32,849 nucleotides of DNA from a virus. Lineage: Duplodnaviria; Heunggongvirae; Uroviricota; Caudoviricetes. The stretch is from IMG/VR virus record IMGVR_UViG_2778261588_000008, positions 1-32,849 of that record; one strand, 5' to 3'. The number at the start of each line of letters is the position of its first letter. The stretch's first letter is position 1. The position numbers and the translations under genes were made by a program. The notes beneath the pieces are model-generated. The model did not search any database, had not been told where the DNA came from, and saw only the letters and a program-made list of their open reading frames with translations. This document shows positions 7,816-16,719 of this stretch, piece by piece.

Positions 7816-7985
7816 CGTGTCATGAGCATCGTTACGCCCAAATTATGGTGGGGCGTGCAGGGCCAACTTCGGTTGGGCCGGGTTCTATGTTGACCGGTAT
7901 TTCCACCCCTGTACGTCTCACCACCTATATGGTCGTGGAAAGCCTTGGTGGTGAGTTCATTGAATTCAACATAGGGGCTGTCACC

Positions 7986-8537
7986 ATGACTACTCTCCCA
8001 ACCCTCTCTCAACCTGAAATCACGATTATCAATGGTCGTGTTGTCACCACATCTCTTGCAGTTTCTAATTACTTTACTAAACGGCATGAGCGGGTTTTAG
8101 ACAGAATTCGAAACCTCGAATGTTCCGCTGAATTTACTGAACACAATTTTGTGTTAAGTGAATACACCGACGCATCAGGCCGCAAACTTCCCTGCTACCA
8201 AATCACCCGCGACGGTTTTGCGTTTCTTGCCATGGGCTTCACTGGCAAACGTGCAGCCAGGTTCAAAGAGGCATACATCAACGCCTTTAACCAGATGGAG
8301 AAGAATTTATCTGGTGCTGACGCGGTTGATATGTCAGCTGTTGCACGAAACGCCAGAGGCGTATACCTGCATTTGCGTGAAATCCATCAAATCTGGAAAA
8401 GCCAGCTTTACCCCATGCTTAAGGCCGTTGAATCTCCGCTGGCGAGCAAGCTGTACGACCGTGTAGGTGATGCTGTTTTTGGTGCTGCACTTGTTGATTC
8501 CAGACTGAATGGTTCTGACAAGGAGGTGCGCCCATGA
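7986..8537 (+). CDS. rha: phage regulatory protein Rha
   Basis: 183 aa from ATG 7986 (AGGGG SD). N-terminus ITIINGRVVTTSLAVSNYFTKRHERVLDRIRNLEC...YQITRDGFAFLAMGFTGKRAARFKEAYINAFNQME matches the Rha family. The ORF-track upstream extension (TTG at 7665) is low-complexity and contains a terminator-like hairpin. Confidence 0.7.
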   Translation: MTTLPTLSQPEITIINGRVVTTSLAVSNYFTKRHERVLDRIRNLECSAEFTEHNFVLSEYTDASGRKLPCYQITRDGFAFLAMGFTGKRAARFKEAYINAFNQMEKNLSGADAVDMSAVARNARGVYLHLREIHQIWKSQLYPMLKAVESPLASKLYDRVGDAVFGAALVDSRLNGSDKEVRP

Positions 8538-8767
8538 TCCGCCACATCGTTAATTCCCTGTATCACCGATACAACCGTTGCCCCCGGGTGGGGCAGTGGT
8601 TCACCACCAGCAACGGCCACGTTCTGCGGGTTTGCCTGGTCAATACAGAAAGCCAGAAGGTTGTCTGCCAGGTTCAGGGACGTACTCATACCCTGAGTTA
8701 TCCGCTGGTGGCGTTTCAGTCCGGAAAAATGTTTAAACGCCTGGGAGGTGGCTATGCGTCCGTCTGA
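8534..8767 (+). CDS. hypothetical protein (77 aa)
   Basis: ATG overlaps rha stop (ATGA); no recognisable motif. Confidence 0.45.
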   Translation: MIRHIVNSLYHRYNRCPRVGQWFTTSNGHVLRVCLVNTESQKVVCQVQGRTHTLSYPLVAFQSGKMFKRLGGGYASV

Positions 8768-9662
8768 TCTTCTGCTCGATTTTGGACATCCGGTTGCTTA
8801 TTACCCTGGGCTCGTTAAATACATGGGAAGTCCGCACGCTGTTATTTTCTTTGGTCAGATTTTTTACTGGCAGGATAAAGCACATGCAGCGGAAGGCGTA
8901 CATAAAACGCGTGAAGAGATACAACACGAAACCGGACTTACATTTGAACAACAGGCTGTAGCGCGTAAGCATCTTGTGTCCAGAGGCATTTTGGTTGAAA
9001 CCAACAAGCGTCTTGAGCACAAAATGTTCTACCGTATAGATTGTGAGCGCCTTAATGAAATTATCAATGAAAACAATCAGTTTTCCCGAAATGGGGAAAC
9101 CCGTTTTCGGGAAACTGTAAAACCCAATTTCGCGGAGGAGGGAAAGCCTTCACCGCGGACACGGGAAACCCCTCGCCGCGGAGAAGGGAAAACCAATTTC
9201 GATCTTACAGAGAATACAACAGAGATTACTTCAGAGAATACTACAGAGAGTAAAAACACTATTGGCGCATCCGCTGACGCGTCTGCACCAGCACGTTCTG
9301 CCCGACAGGAATATTCACCGGAATTTGAACAGGCCTGGCAGGAATATCCCAAACGTGCTGGTGGTAATTCCAAGTCAGCAGCCTTCAAAGCCTGGAAAGC
9401 CCGTATCAGGGAGGGAATAAAACCGGAGACCATGCTTGATGGTGTGAAGCGGTATGCCGCCTGGGTACGTGCTACAGGAAATACCGGCACACAGTTCGTG
9501 AAGCAGGCTGCGACGTTCTTTGGACCCGATCGTCACTTCGAAGATTACTGGCAACAGCCAACCGCTCCCGGAGGTGGGCGACAGCGACAGGTCGATGTCC
9601 TGGCTGGCCTGGGAGCCATGTCTGACAAATTCGGTAAATCCAGTGACAAACTGACATTCTGA
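8754..9662 (+). CDS. replication initiator / replisome organiser (lambda O-like position; DnaT-like C-terminal region)
   Basis: 302 aa from ATG 8754 (GGAGGTG SD); lies directly upstream of DnaC-like and DnaB-like genes; middle of the gene encodes a low-complexity linker over a phased DNA repeat array (putative ori). Confidence 0.65.
   Translation: MRPSDLLLDFGHPVAYYPGLVKYMGSPHAVIFFGQIFYWQDKAHAAEGVHKTREEIQHETGLTFEQQAVARKHLVSRGILVETNKRLEHKMFYRIDCERLNEIINENNQFSRNGETRFRETVKPNFAEEGKPSPRTRETPRRGEGKTNFDLTENTTEITSENTTESKNTIGASADASAPARSARQEYSPEFEQAWQEYPKRAGGNSKSAAFKAWKARIREGIKPETMLDGVKRYAAWVRATGNTGTQFVKQAATFFGPDRHFEDYWQQPTAPGGGRQRQVDVLAGLGAMSDKFGKSSDKLTF
9085..9250. repeat. putative origin of replication: iteron array plus AT-rich tract inside the initiator gene
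   Basis: Three 23-bp direct repeats with exact 23-bp phasing, each CGCGGA-N3-GGGAAA(G/A)C (unit starts 9131, 9154, 9177); two further GGGAAAC copies at 9093-9100 and 9108-9115; followed by A/T-rich ACAGAGA repeats (9205-9250). Confidence 0.5.
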
Positions 9663-9672
9663 GGTGACAGCG

Positions 9673-10551
9673 ATGATGACGATTAACCAACGTGAGAAAC
9701 AAACAAGACTACAGGCGCGAATGGATGAGTTACGGGCAGAGATTGCATTTGCTCAGAATGGCGAAAAGCCATGGCCTTACCGCGCCTGCCGGGAATCTGA
9801 AGGGGTTGGATGCTGCGAAAAACACGGTAAATATCGTACGCATATACTGGTGTGGGATGATCGGCAGGGGGGCGCTGTCTCAAAAATTTCCCGCTGTCCG
9901 GAGTGTCTGGTGGATGAAATGGATGTGACACATCGGACTCTGGTTGCAATGAAAGCTGATGTGCTGATTGAGAATGCTGGTGTTGCCTGTAGGTTTCGCG
10001 ACTGTGAGTTTGAAAACTATCAGGAGATTAACTCTGATGCAGCCAGAAATCTTGCTGCCTGCCGCCGCTATGCAGAGAGCTGGGAGGATGTTCTGGCTAA
10101 CGGTACCAGTCTTGTTCTGACAGGCAGTTGTGGTACCGGAAAAAATCATCTGGCTGTGGCTATGGCAAAACACATCATCCGTAACCATCTGGCCAGTGTG
10201 GAGATTACTGATGTGATGCGCCTTACCCGTGCTGTGAAAAACTGCTGGCGGAATGACAGCGAAAAAACAGCGGATGAAGTTATTGAGCATTATGCGTCAT
10301 TGGATTTGCTGATCATCGACGAAGTCGGCGTTCAGTTTGGCAGCGCGGCTGAAATGGCTATTTTGCAGGAAATTATCAATGCCCGGTACGAAAGCATCCT
10401 GCCCACCATCCTGATCAGCAACCTTTCACCGGAAGAGTTGTGGGCGTTCATCAGCCCCCGCATTGCCGACAGGATCACAGACGGGGGACGCAACTGGTTG
10501 TCGTTTAACTGGCCCAGCTATCGTGCGCATATTGGAGGTGTGGCTGCATGA
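9673..10551 (+). CDS. DnaC-like helicase loader (IstB-type AAA+ ATPase)
   Basis: Walker A GSCGTGKNHLAVA, Walker B LLIIDEVG; N-terminal Cys cluster (C..C....C..C); GAGGTGA SD; stop overlaps dnaB-like start. Confidence 0.8.
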   Translation: MMTINQREKQTRLQARMDELRAEIAFAQNGEKPWPYRACRESEGVGCCEKHGKYRTHILVWDDRQGGAVSKISRCPECLVDEMDVTHRTLVAMKADVLIENAGVACRFRDCEFENYQEINSDAARNLAACRRYAESWEDVLANGTSLVLTGSCGTGKNHLAVAMAKHIIRNHLASVEITDVMRLTRAVKNCWRNDSEKTADEVIEHYASLDLLIIDEVGVQFGSAAEMAILQEIINARYESILPTILISNLSPEELWAFISPRIADRITDGGRNWLSFNWPSYRAHIGGVAA

Positions 10552-11939
10552 CCACTCCAGTATGGCGTAACGATGATCTGGAAGGCGCTGTCATTGGCGC
10601 GTTTTTTCTGCGTGGGGCAGATCATGAAGTGATGGATATTCTGGCCACACTGCCAGCGGACGTTTTTTCTGTACGAGCGTATAGGGATATCTACACAGGC
10701 ATCTGCCGACAGGCTCGTGTTTCAGGTGTGATTGATCCTGTGCTGCTGTGTAATGAAATGCCGGAACTTGCTCCGGTGATTACTGATACCGGGCGTAAAA
10801 CCTGGGTGAAGTCTTCACTGGAGCACTATGTTGCAGCGTTGCGGCGCAATGCTGCATTGCGTGATGCAGAAAAAACACTGAATGAGGCGCTGCAGAAATT
10901 ACGTGATGCGCATACCTGTGAAGCAGCTGAAGATGTCCTGAAGGATGCGCAGAACATGATGGCTTCATTGTCGACGGAAAAGGGCATTATTCAGCCGGTA
11001 CATATTGATGATGTGCTTCCGGAGGTGGTTGAGCGTGTTGAATGCCGGAATCAGGGACTGGAAAAATCCAGAACGTTGATGACCGGTATTGATGAACTGG
11101 ACGCAAAAACAGGCGGCATGGAGCCCGGCGATCTGGTATTTATTGCGGCTCGTCCGTCAATGGGCAAAACCGAACTGGCGCTGGATATCATCGACAAGGT
11201 GACTGAGCAGGGGCATGGTGTTCTTCTGTTCACAATGGAAATGGCGAACATTCAGATCGGTGAACGCATGGTGTCTGCTGCCGGAGGAATGCCTGTATCG
11301 CGCCTGAAATCTGTCTCTCACTTTGGTGACGAAGACTGGGCGCGTTTCATTAAGGGGGTGGAGCTGATGACCGGACGCAATATCTGGATGGTGGACCAGG
11401 CGAACCTGACCATTGATGAAATATGCGCAACAACGAAACACCATCTGATTAAACACCCGGAAACGGCGCTGGTGGTGGTTGATTATCTCGGGCTGATAAA
11501 AACCCGTACCATAGGACGTCATGACCTTGCCGTGGGGGAAATATCAAAAGGGCTTAAAGGCCTGGCAAAATCCGGCGGATTACCGGTGGTTGCGCTGAGC
11601 CAACTTTCCCGTGGAGTTGAGTCCAGACCCAATAAACGACCTATGAACTCAGACCTGAAAAATTCCGGAGAAATAGAGGCTGATGCAGACATCATTCTGA
11701 TGCTTTACAGGGATGAAGTGTACAACCCGGATACGCAGGCCAGAGGCATTGCAGAAATCAATATCACGAAACAACGTAACGGTTCTCTGGGGACGATTTA
11801 CCGGCGTTTTTATAACGGACATTTTCTGCCCGTAGACCAGGAAAGCGCACAGATTCTTTCCACCCCAATGCAGCAGCCCCAGCCGCGCAGATACAGCAAT
11901 AAGCGAACCGACAGCAGTAAGATGGAGCGTTTCTTTTGA
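10548..11939 (+). CDS. dnaB: replicative DNA helicase (DnaB family)
   Basis: 463 aa; Walker A ARPSMGKT, RecA-like C-terminal domain (VVVDYLGLI, ALSQLSR), N-terminal DnaB-type domain; GGAGGTG SD. Confidence 0.9.
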   Translation: MTTPVWRNDDLEGAVIGAFFLRGADHEVMDILATLPADVFSVRAYRDIYTGICRQARVSGVIDPVLLCNEMPELAPVITDTGRKTWVKSSLEHYVAALRRNAALRDAEKTLNEALQKLRDAHTCEAAEDVLKDAQNMMASLSTEKGIIQPVHIDDVLPEVVERVECRNQGLEKSRTLMTGIDELDAKTGGMEPGDLVFIAARPSMGKTELALDIIDKVTEQGHGVLLFTMEMANIQIGERMVSAAGGMPVSRLKSVSHFGDEDWARFIKGVELMTGRNIWMVDQANLTIDEICATTKHHLIKHPETALVVVDYLGLIKTRTIGRHDLAVGEISKGLKGLAKSGGLPVVALSQLSRGVESRPNKRPMNSDLKNSGEIEADADIILMLYRDEVYNPDTQARGIAEINITKQRNGSLGTIYRRFYNGHFLPVDQESAQILSTPMQQPQPRRYSNKRTDSSKMERFF

Positions 11940-11950
11940 ACAACCAGACC

Positions 11951-12193
11951 ATGACTTTTACGCCTGAACAATTACGTAAACAGGCACAGGAAATGTTACG
12001 ACAGGCGGAACAACTGGAAAAGACAGGCGTAACAAAAGATGCCATTCGTAAGGATATGGTGCCAGCGCTCAGGGAACTGATGCAGGCGAAACACCGTGCA
12101 CAAAAAGCAGTGGATGAGCTGGTGGATTGTGTGGCAGAGCTGGAAACCAAAGTTGGAAAGTTCGAAAAACTGGTGCAGGAGGTACTGCGCTGA
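11951..12193 (+). CDS. hypothetical coiled-coil protein (80 aa)
   Basis: ATG at 11951 (the ORF-track start at 11936 is TTG inside the dnaB stop); highly charged helical sequence. Confidence 0.45.
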   Translation: MTFTPEQLRKQAQEMLRQAEQLEKTGVTKDAIRKDMVPALRELMQAKHRAQKAVDELVDCVAELETKVGKFEKLVQEVLR

Positions 12194-12540
12194 TGCGTGA
12201 TATGTACGACGTTTTAGATCGTTGGGGGGCCTGGGCTGCAGCAGATAACAGTGGTGTGGACTGGCAGCCGATAGCAGCAGGCTTCAAGGGGCTTTTACCA
12301 CGCGGTAAAAAGTCACGTCTCCAGTGTGATGATGATGAGGGGCTCATGATCGATGGGTGCGTAGCTAGATTAAGAAAGTACAAACCAGAAGAGTATGAGT
12401 TAGTTATAGCCCATTTTGTGGTAGGGATTTCATTGCGAGCCATTGCTAAGAAGAGAAAGTGTTCGGATGGGACTATCAGGAAAGAGTTGCAAACATCGCT
12501 TGGTTTCATTGAAGGCATTGTTTGCACTCTTGCCTGTTAA
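12193..12540 (+). CDS. putative late-gene antiterminator, small Q-like (QuuD-type)
   Basis: 115 aa from ATG 12193, overlapping upstream stop. MRD..VL.RWGAWAA N-terminus and C-terminal HTH-like segment recalled as typical of small Q-type antiterminators; position after replication genes and before lysis fits Q. Homology not verified. Confidence 0.4.
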   Translation: MRDMYDVLDRWGAWAAADNSGVDWQPIAAGFKGLLPRGKKSRLQCDDDEGLMIDGCVARLRKYKPEEYELVIAHFVVGISLRAIAKKRKCSDGTIRKELQTSLGFIEGIVCTLAC

Positions 12541-12561
12541 CTATTCTTAACTGTCTTCTAG

Positions 12562-13446
12562 TTATATTGGGCGCTTTGAATTCGATTTAAAGCGTCTTCC
12601 ACTTATTCCAGAAACCCAAATGTCTTCCTCAAGAAAGTCAAGAAGGGCTTTTATTTCTTTTTTTGATGAAGGCATGACAATTTTCTCAACACCACCAACT
12701 ATTATGGTTTGTAAGGGGAATTTAACTTTAGCAGCTTCGGATTTAAACTTTGACATATTTGGGAGTGTTAGCATCCCAGTCTGATTTATTAGTGTTACTT
12801 TATTTCTTATCACTGTATCTGCAACGGATTTTAGATCAAAACCTTGGGGAGTAGAAAATACACTAAGTTGACTAAATGCATTAAGTTCTTGGTCAGTAGC
12901 AGCAGAAAAATAGGACGACATGTCAAAAATACTTCTTAGATTAAAGAAACTCTTAAATCGTATTGTATCATTGATAATTATTGCAACTAGTTTATCATCA
13001 ACATTAAAACCGATGCTATTAGCTTTACTAAAGGTAGTTTTGCTTGCACAAAGCTTTCCAAAGAATGATTTTGAGGTATCTAAGATTTGTTTTTTGTTGA
13101 AAGTTTGTAGTGCAATAATATTGGGGTTTGCTGGCGCGTCAACACCAACAAATAATGCTTTAATATAACCAATATCAATTTGGCTAGGATCCCAGATAGG
13201 CACGGCGGTAGGCCTATTGACTGCGTCAATCAGGCGTGCAGAATCAGTAAAGTTTTGTATTTCAAAACACTCACTATGTTTTGGTGTATAACCGGCATAG
13301 AATGGTATCATATTGTTATGATGACTTTCAAAATATTGACGCTGTTGTTGGAAAATGGCCGTAACAGAAGTACTTGCTGTTGCATCAAGTTCGACTCTAA
13401 CAATTCTCGTTGCAATTGTATTATCTATTACTGCAAAAAGTGCCAT
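12562..13446 (-). CDS. hypothetical protein (294 aa), second gene of counter-oriented AT-rich cassette
   Basis: ATG at 13446 with AAAGGA SD; 6 nt downstream of the membrane-protein stop; visibly AT-rich codon usage unlike flanking phage genes; no catalytic motif recognised. Confidence 0.7.
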   Translation of the reverse strand: MALFAVIDNTIATRIVRVELDATASTSVTAIFQQQRQYFESHHNNMIPFYAGYTPKHSECFEIQNFTDSARLIDAVNRPTAVPIWDPSQIDIGYIKALFVGVDAPANPNIIALQTFNKKQILDTSKSFFGKLCASKTTFSKANSIGFNVDDKLVAIIINDTIRFKSFFNLRSIFDMSSYFSAATDQELNAFSQLSVFSTPQGFDLKSVADTVIRNKVTLINQTGMLTLPNMSKFKSEAAKVKFPLQTIIVGGVEKIVMPSSKKEIKALLDFLEEDIWVSGISGRRFKSNSKRPI

Positions 13447-13451
13447 GGTTA

Positions 13452-13970
13452 TTATCCTTTAACATGTAGAAATGTGTAGTCTGTTAATTGAATAACTGTA
13501 AATTTGATATCTTTAATATCAGTAATGACTGATTTAGAAATCAATACAAAACCTACGCCGGTGTCATCTTCAGCTTCGTAAAATTTATAACCGATAAGTG
13601 ACAATACTGGGTTAAAGTTATAGTTCTCGGAAAAGCTGATGTAAAATAACAATGACAAATAAAAGAATAACGCATATGCTTTATTTTCAGCAATAGAATC
13701 TGTTCCTAGGAGAGGGAATAAATAGCTTAAGAAATAATTAGTTACTTCTTTGTTAGCGGGAGAAACTGAACTAATATTTTTTGTCAGAGGTTCAAGTTGT
13801 TTCTCAGCATATTGAATCAGGCCTATTGCTAATAACCAACTTGCTATGCCAACGCATAAGCTATATTGCATCAGCCAAACCGTATCTTTTACATATCCAA
13901 TAAAAAATAGAGTTGCGCAAACAGGTGCAATTGAGCTGGCTGTTAATAATAAGCGTGCTAATTTGTTCAT
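13452..13970 (-). CDS. integral membrane protein (~4 TM helices), first gene of counter-oriented cassette
   Basis: 172-173 aa (two adjacent ATGs, AAAGGA SD); four hydrophobic segments then a ~60-aa soluble C-terminus; AT-rich. Confidence 0.7.
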   Translation of the reverse strand: MNKLARLLLTASSIAPVCATLFFIGYVKDTVWLMQYSLCVGIASWLLAIGLIQYAEKQLEPLTKNISSVSPANKEVTNYFLSYLFPLLGTDSIAENKAYALFFYLSLLFYISFSENYNFNPVLSLIGYKFYEAEDDTGVGFVLISKSVITDIKDIKFTVIQLTDYTFLHVKG

Positions 13971-14135
13971 CATGATATCCTTTGTACTGTTTATGCATAC
14001 AGCACTTTACATCATGTACTCCAAAGTATCTATCTTGTGAAGAATCTTACACTAAATACTACAGAAAAGTTAACGCGTACGCAAAAAGTATTATATCGTG
14101 TTAAGAGTGGTTACTTCGCCACACAGCTTAAACCC

Positions 14136-14154
14136 GCTCGACAGCGAGTTTTTT
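14136..14154 (+). terminator. weak intrinsic terminator-like hairpin
   Basis: GCUCG-ACAG-CGAG(U) stem then U6; plus-strand orientation. Confidence 0.3.
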
Positions 14155-14278
14155 AGTGTCCGAAAAGCGGTACAGGACGTTAAATGCGCTGGTGGTTGCG
14201 AATACAGGTCTTTCAACTTGCTGGCTTTTTCGACAAGAGTTATTGGTATGTCACGTTAACCAGAAAAGGGAAAAAGAC

Positions 14279-14476
14279 ATGCTAAAACAGCAGGATATGA
14301 CCGAAACAGCCAGAGTGGTGTTTAATGAGTTAAGCGTCACCGAACCGGCGACCGTCGGGGAGATTGCACAGAATACTTACCTTTCACGCGAACGCTGCCA
14401 GTTAATACTGACCCAGCTTGTTATGGCGGGTCTGGCAGATTATCAGTTCGGTTGTTACAGACGCCTTTCGCAGTGA
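14279..14476 (+). CDS. small putative winged-helix DNA-binding protein (65 aa)
   Basis: ATG 14279 with AAGGGA SD (the ORF-track start at 14156 is GTG with no SD); followed by a terminator overlapping its stop. Confidence 0.45.
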   Translation: MLKQQDMTETARVVFNELSVTEPATVGEIAQNTYLSRERCQLILTQLVMAGLADYQFGCYRRLSQ

Positions 14477-14486
14477 AGGCTTTTTT
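14463..14486 (+). terminator. intrinsic terminator
   Basis: GCCTT-TCGCAGTG-AAGGC hairpin followed by T6. Confidence 0.5.
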
Positions 14487-14626
14487 ATTTGTGGTAATGG
14501 GCGGCTGGTGGGTGTTAGCGGCACCTGCCAGCCATCTGCTCATGCGTTGGGGTCACAAGCAAACCTCAGGCCCATCTGCTTTGCGCAAAAGCGGAATGAG
14601 CCTATCAGAGAAGTGCTTATTGATCT

Positions 14627-15673
14627 ATGGCTAATACTGTAAAAATATCCAGTTGTGAGTTAATCAACGCTGATTGCCTGAAATTTATCCGGACCTTACC
14701 GGAAAACTCTGTCGATCTGATAGTCACAGACCCGCCATACTTTAAAGTGAAGCCCGAGGGCTGGGATAACCAGTGGAAGGGCGATGATGATTACCTGCAA
14801 TGGCTGGACCAGTGTCTGGCTCAGTTCTGGCGGGTATTAAAACCTGCCGGAAGTCTTTACCTGTTCTGTGGTCATCGCCTGGCATCTGACACCGAACTCA
14901 TGATGCGTGAACGTTTTAATGTGCTGAACCACATTATCTGGGCGAAGCCGTCCGGACGCTGGAATGGGTGCAACAAGGAAAGCCTGCGGGCGTATTTCCC
15001 GGCAACAGAGCGCATTCTGTTTGCCGAACATTATCAGGGGCCATATCAGCCAAAAAATGACGGCTATGCGGCAAAAGGGCGCGAGCTTAAGCAGCACGTA
15101 ATGGCCCCGCTGATTTCTTACTTCCGTGATGCGCGTGAATCACTGGGGATAACGTCAAAACAGATAGCTGAAGCCACCGGAAAGAAAAACATGGCTTCGC
15201 ACTGGTTTGGTACCAGTCAGTGGCAGTTACCGAATGAGGCCGATTACAGTAAACTACAGGCGCTGTTTGCACGTGTGGCGGCAGAAAAACACCAGCGCGG
15301 TGAACTGGAGCAGCCACACCACCAGCTGGTCAGCACATACAGCGAACTGAACCGGCAATATGCCAGCCTGCTGGAGGAATACAAATCACTGCGGCGTTAT
15401 TTTTCCGTATCGGCTGTTGTTCCTTATACGGATGTCTGGACGCACAAGCCCGTGCAGTTTTATCCGGGTAAGCATCCCTGTGAAAAACCGGCGGATATGT
15501 TGCGTCAGATAATTACTGCCAGCAGCCGTCCAGGCGATTTGGTCGCAGATTTTTTTATGGGGTCGGGGTCGACAATAAAAGCGGCACTGTCGCTGGGACG
15601 CAGGGCGATTGGCGTGGAACTGGAAGAGGAACGTTTTAATCAGACGGCCAGAGAAATAACGAAAGATTTTTAA
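14627..15673 (+). CDS. orphan DNA N6-adenine methyltransferase (beta-class, N6_N4 MTase family)
   Basis: 348 aa; motif IV DPPY near N-terminus (LIVTDPPYF) and AdoMet motif I F.GSGST near C-terminus (FFMGSGSTI): circularly permuted beta-class order; no adjacent restriction endonuclease gene. Confidence 0.85.
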   Translation: MANTVKISSCELINADCLKFIRTLPENSVDLIVTDPPYFKVKPEGWDNQWKGDDDYLQWLDQCLAQFWRVLKPAGSLYLFCGHRLASDTELMMRERFNVLNHIIWAKPSGRWNGCNKESLRAYFPATERILFAEHYQGPYQPKNDGYAAKGRELKQHVMAPLISYFRDARESLGITSKQIAEATGKKNMASHWFGTSQWQLPNEADYSKLQALFARVAAEKHQRGELEQPHHQLVSTYSELNRQYASLLEEYKSLRRYFSVSAVVPYTDVWTHKPVQFYPGKHPCEKPADMLRQIITASSRPGDLVADFFMGSGSTIKAALSLGRRAIGVELEEERFNQTAREITKDF

Positions 15674-15890
15674 TTCAGTGATGATATAAGTTGTATATTT
15701 CTGATACAGATGTATACACATATTTAAAACTGAACACCAAATATATTTTTGATGTCTGAAAAACTGTCGTTAGTATTCTGACTGGTCCGGAAGACGGTTA
15801 TTTTTGTGTTCACAGGGGCGTTACTATCGTCTGAAGGACCAGTGCTGGCTTTCCTGGTAATTCGTGTGATTCCGGAAGCCAGTACAGTAT

Positions 15891-15965
<75 letters not shown>

Positions 15966-16330
15966 GCATTTGAAACAAGCCTTATTGTATTGCGGCACTG
16001 GCGTATTTTTTATTACGTGGGAGCAGGTTGTTTTGAAAAAGCATTTTGTTCTCTGGCTATGATTTGAGGCCAGGTGTAGCCTCAGTGCTGATTTTTTTAC
16101 GACAGCAGAATGGTGCATTATCGGTGGAGATTTTGTATTTCCTGGCAGGGTCGGTGATGCATCATTCTGGTGTTGTAAATCGCACCAAAGAGGCGCACCT
16201 CAGTGCGAGGGTGGTTTAAAGAGTCGGTTTAGCGGGAAACCACAGTATCCATACAGCACGGAATACTTCGGGAGGCACCCGACGCCTCGGTTTAATAACA
16301 ATTAAAAAATTCATCCCTTGCATTGACCAA

Positions 16331-16353
16331 CCGCCATATCTGGCGGTTTTTTT
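16331..16353 (+). terminator. intrinsic terminator in the tRNA-to-lysis non-coding region
   Basis: CCGCCA-TATC-TGGCGG hairpin followed by T7. Confidence 0.6.
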
Positions 16354-16679
16354 ATTCCTTTCTCAGGACGAAAAAAGACACGAGCATCCAGGAATACTCG
16401 TGGGACAACGTCCTTTGGATAGCAATTTGCGAGAGGGTGAAAAGTAGCGCGGTCGTCGGATTAAGACCGCGGGACAAAGTCCATGAAGAATAATAAGTAT
16501 TGGCCCCCTTCCGGGGACATGTTCATACTACTAAGCTTCAGAAGTGGTTTAAATCCTCAAATTAACCTTAATTTCCGATAAGTCTTATTTCATTTCTTTG
16601 CGCCACATCTGGCGCGCATCAAATAACGCCACGCAAAGAGCATCTGCGGATGCCGGTGCTTTTGACGGGGTGTTTTTAC

Positions 16680-16701
16680 GGGCCGCTGGTGGCCCTTTTT
16701 T
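16680..16701 (+). terminator. terminator/attenuator-like hairpin immediately upstream of the lysis operon
   Basis: GGGCC-GCTGGT-GGCCC hairpin then TTTTTTATTT, ending 19 nt before the first lysis-gene ATG. Confidence 0.45.
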
Positions 16702-16719
16702 ATTTACAGGAGAAAAAGT

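Noticed and set aside
7665-7985. N-terminal extension of the rha ORF from a TTG start (ORF track 7665-8537, 290 aa)
   Set aside because: Alternative start codon without SD, low-complexity translation, contains a terminator-like hairpin; the conserved Rha N-terminus begins at the ATG at 7986.
9085-9250. Possible CRISPR-like repeat array
   Set aside because: Repeats are 23-bp iterons with no unique spacers, embedded in a replication initiator gene; no cas genes or leader. Interpreted as ori iterons.
13974-14135. Late promoter (PR' analog) between the counter-oriented cassette and the downstream plus-strand genes
   Set aside because: Several weak -35/-10 candidates but none with convincing spacing or consensus; left unannotated.
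14156-14278. GTG-initiated N-terminal extension of the small winged-helix ORF (106-aa version)
   Set aside because: Starts inside the T-run of a terminator-like hairpin with no SD; the internal ATG at 14279 has a good SD.
15780-15890. Possible second tRNA or pseudo-tRNA upstream of tRNA-Gly
   Set aside because: Contains long-range stems and a repeated TCCGGAAG motif, but no cloverleaf or T-loop consensus could be drawn; treated as structured leader.
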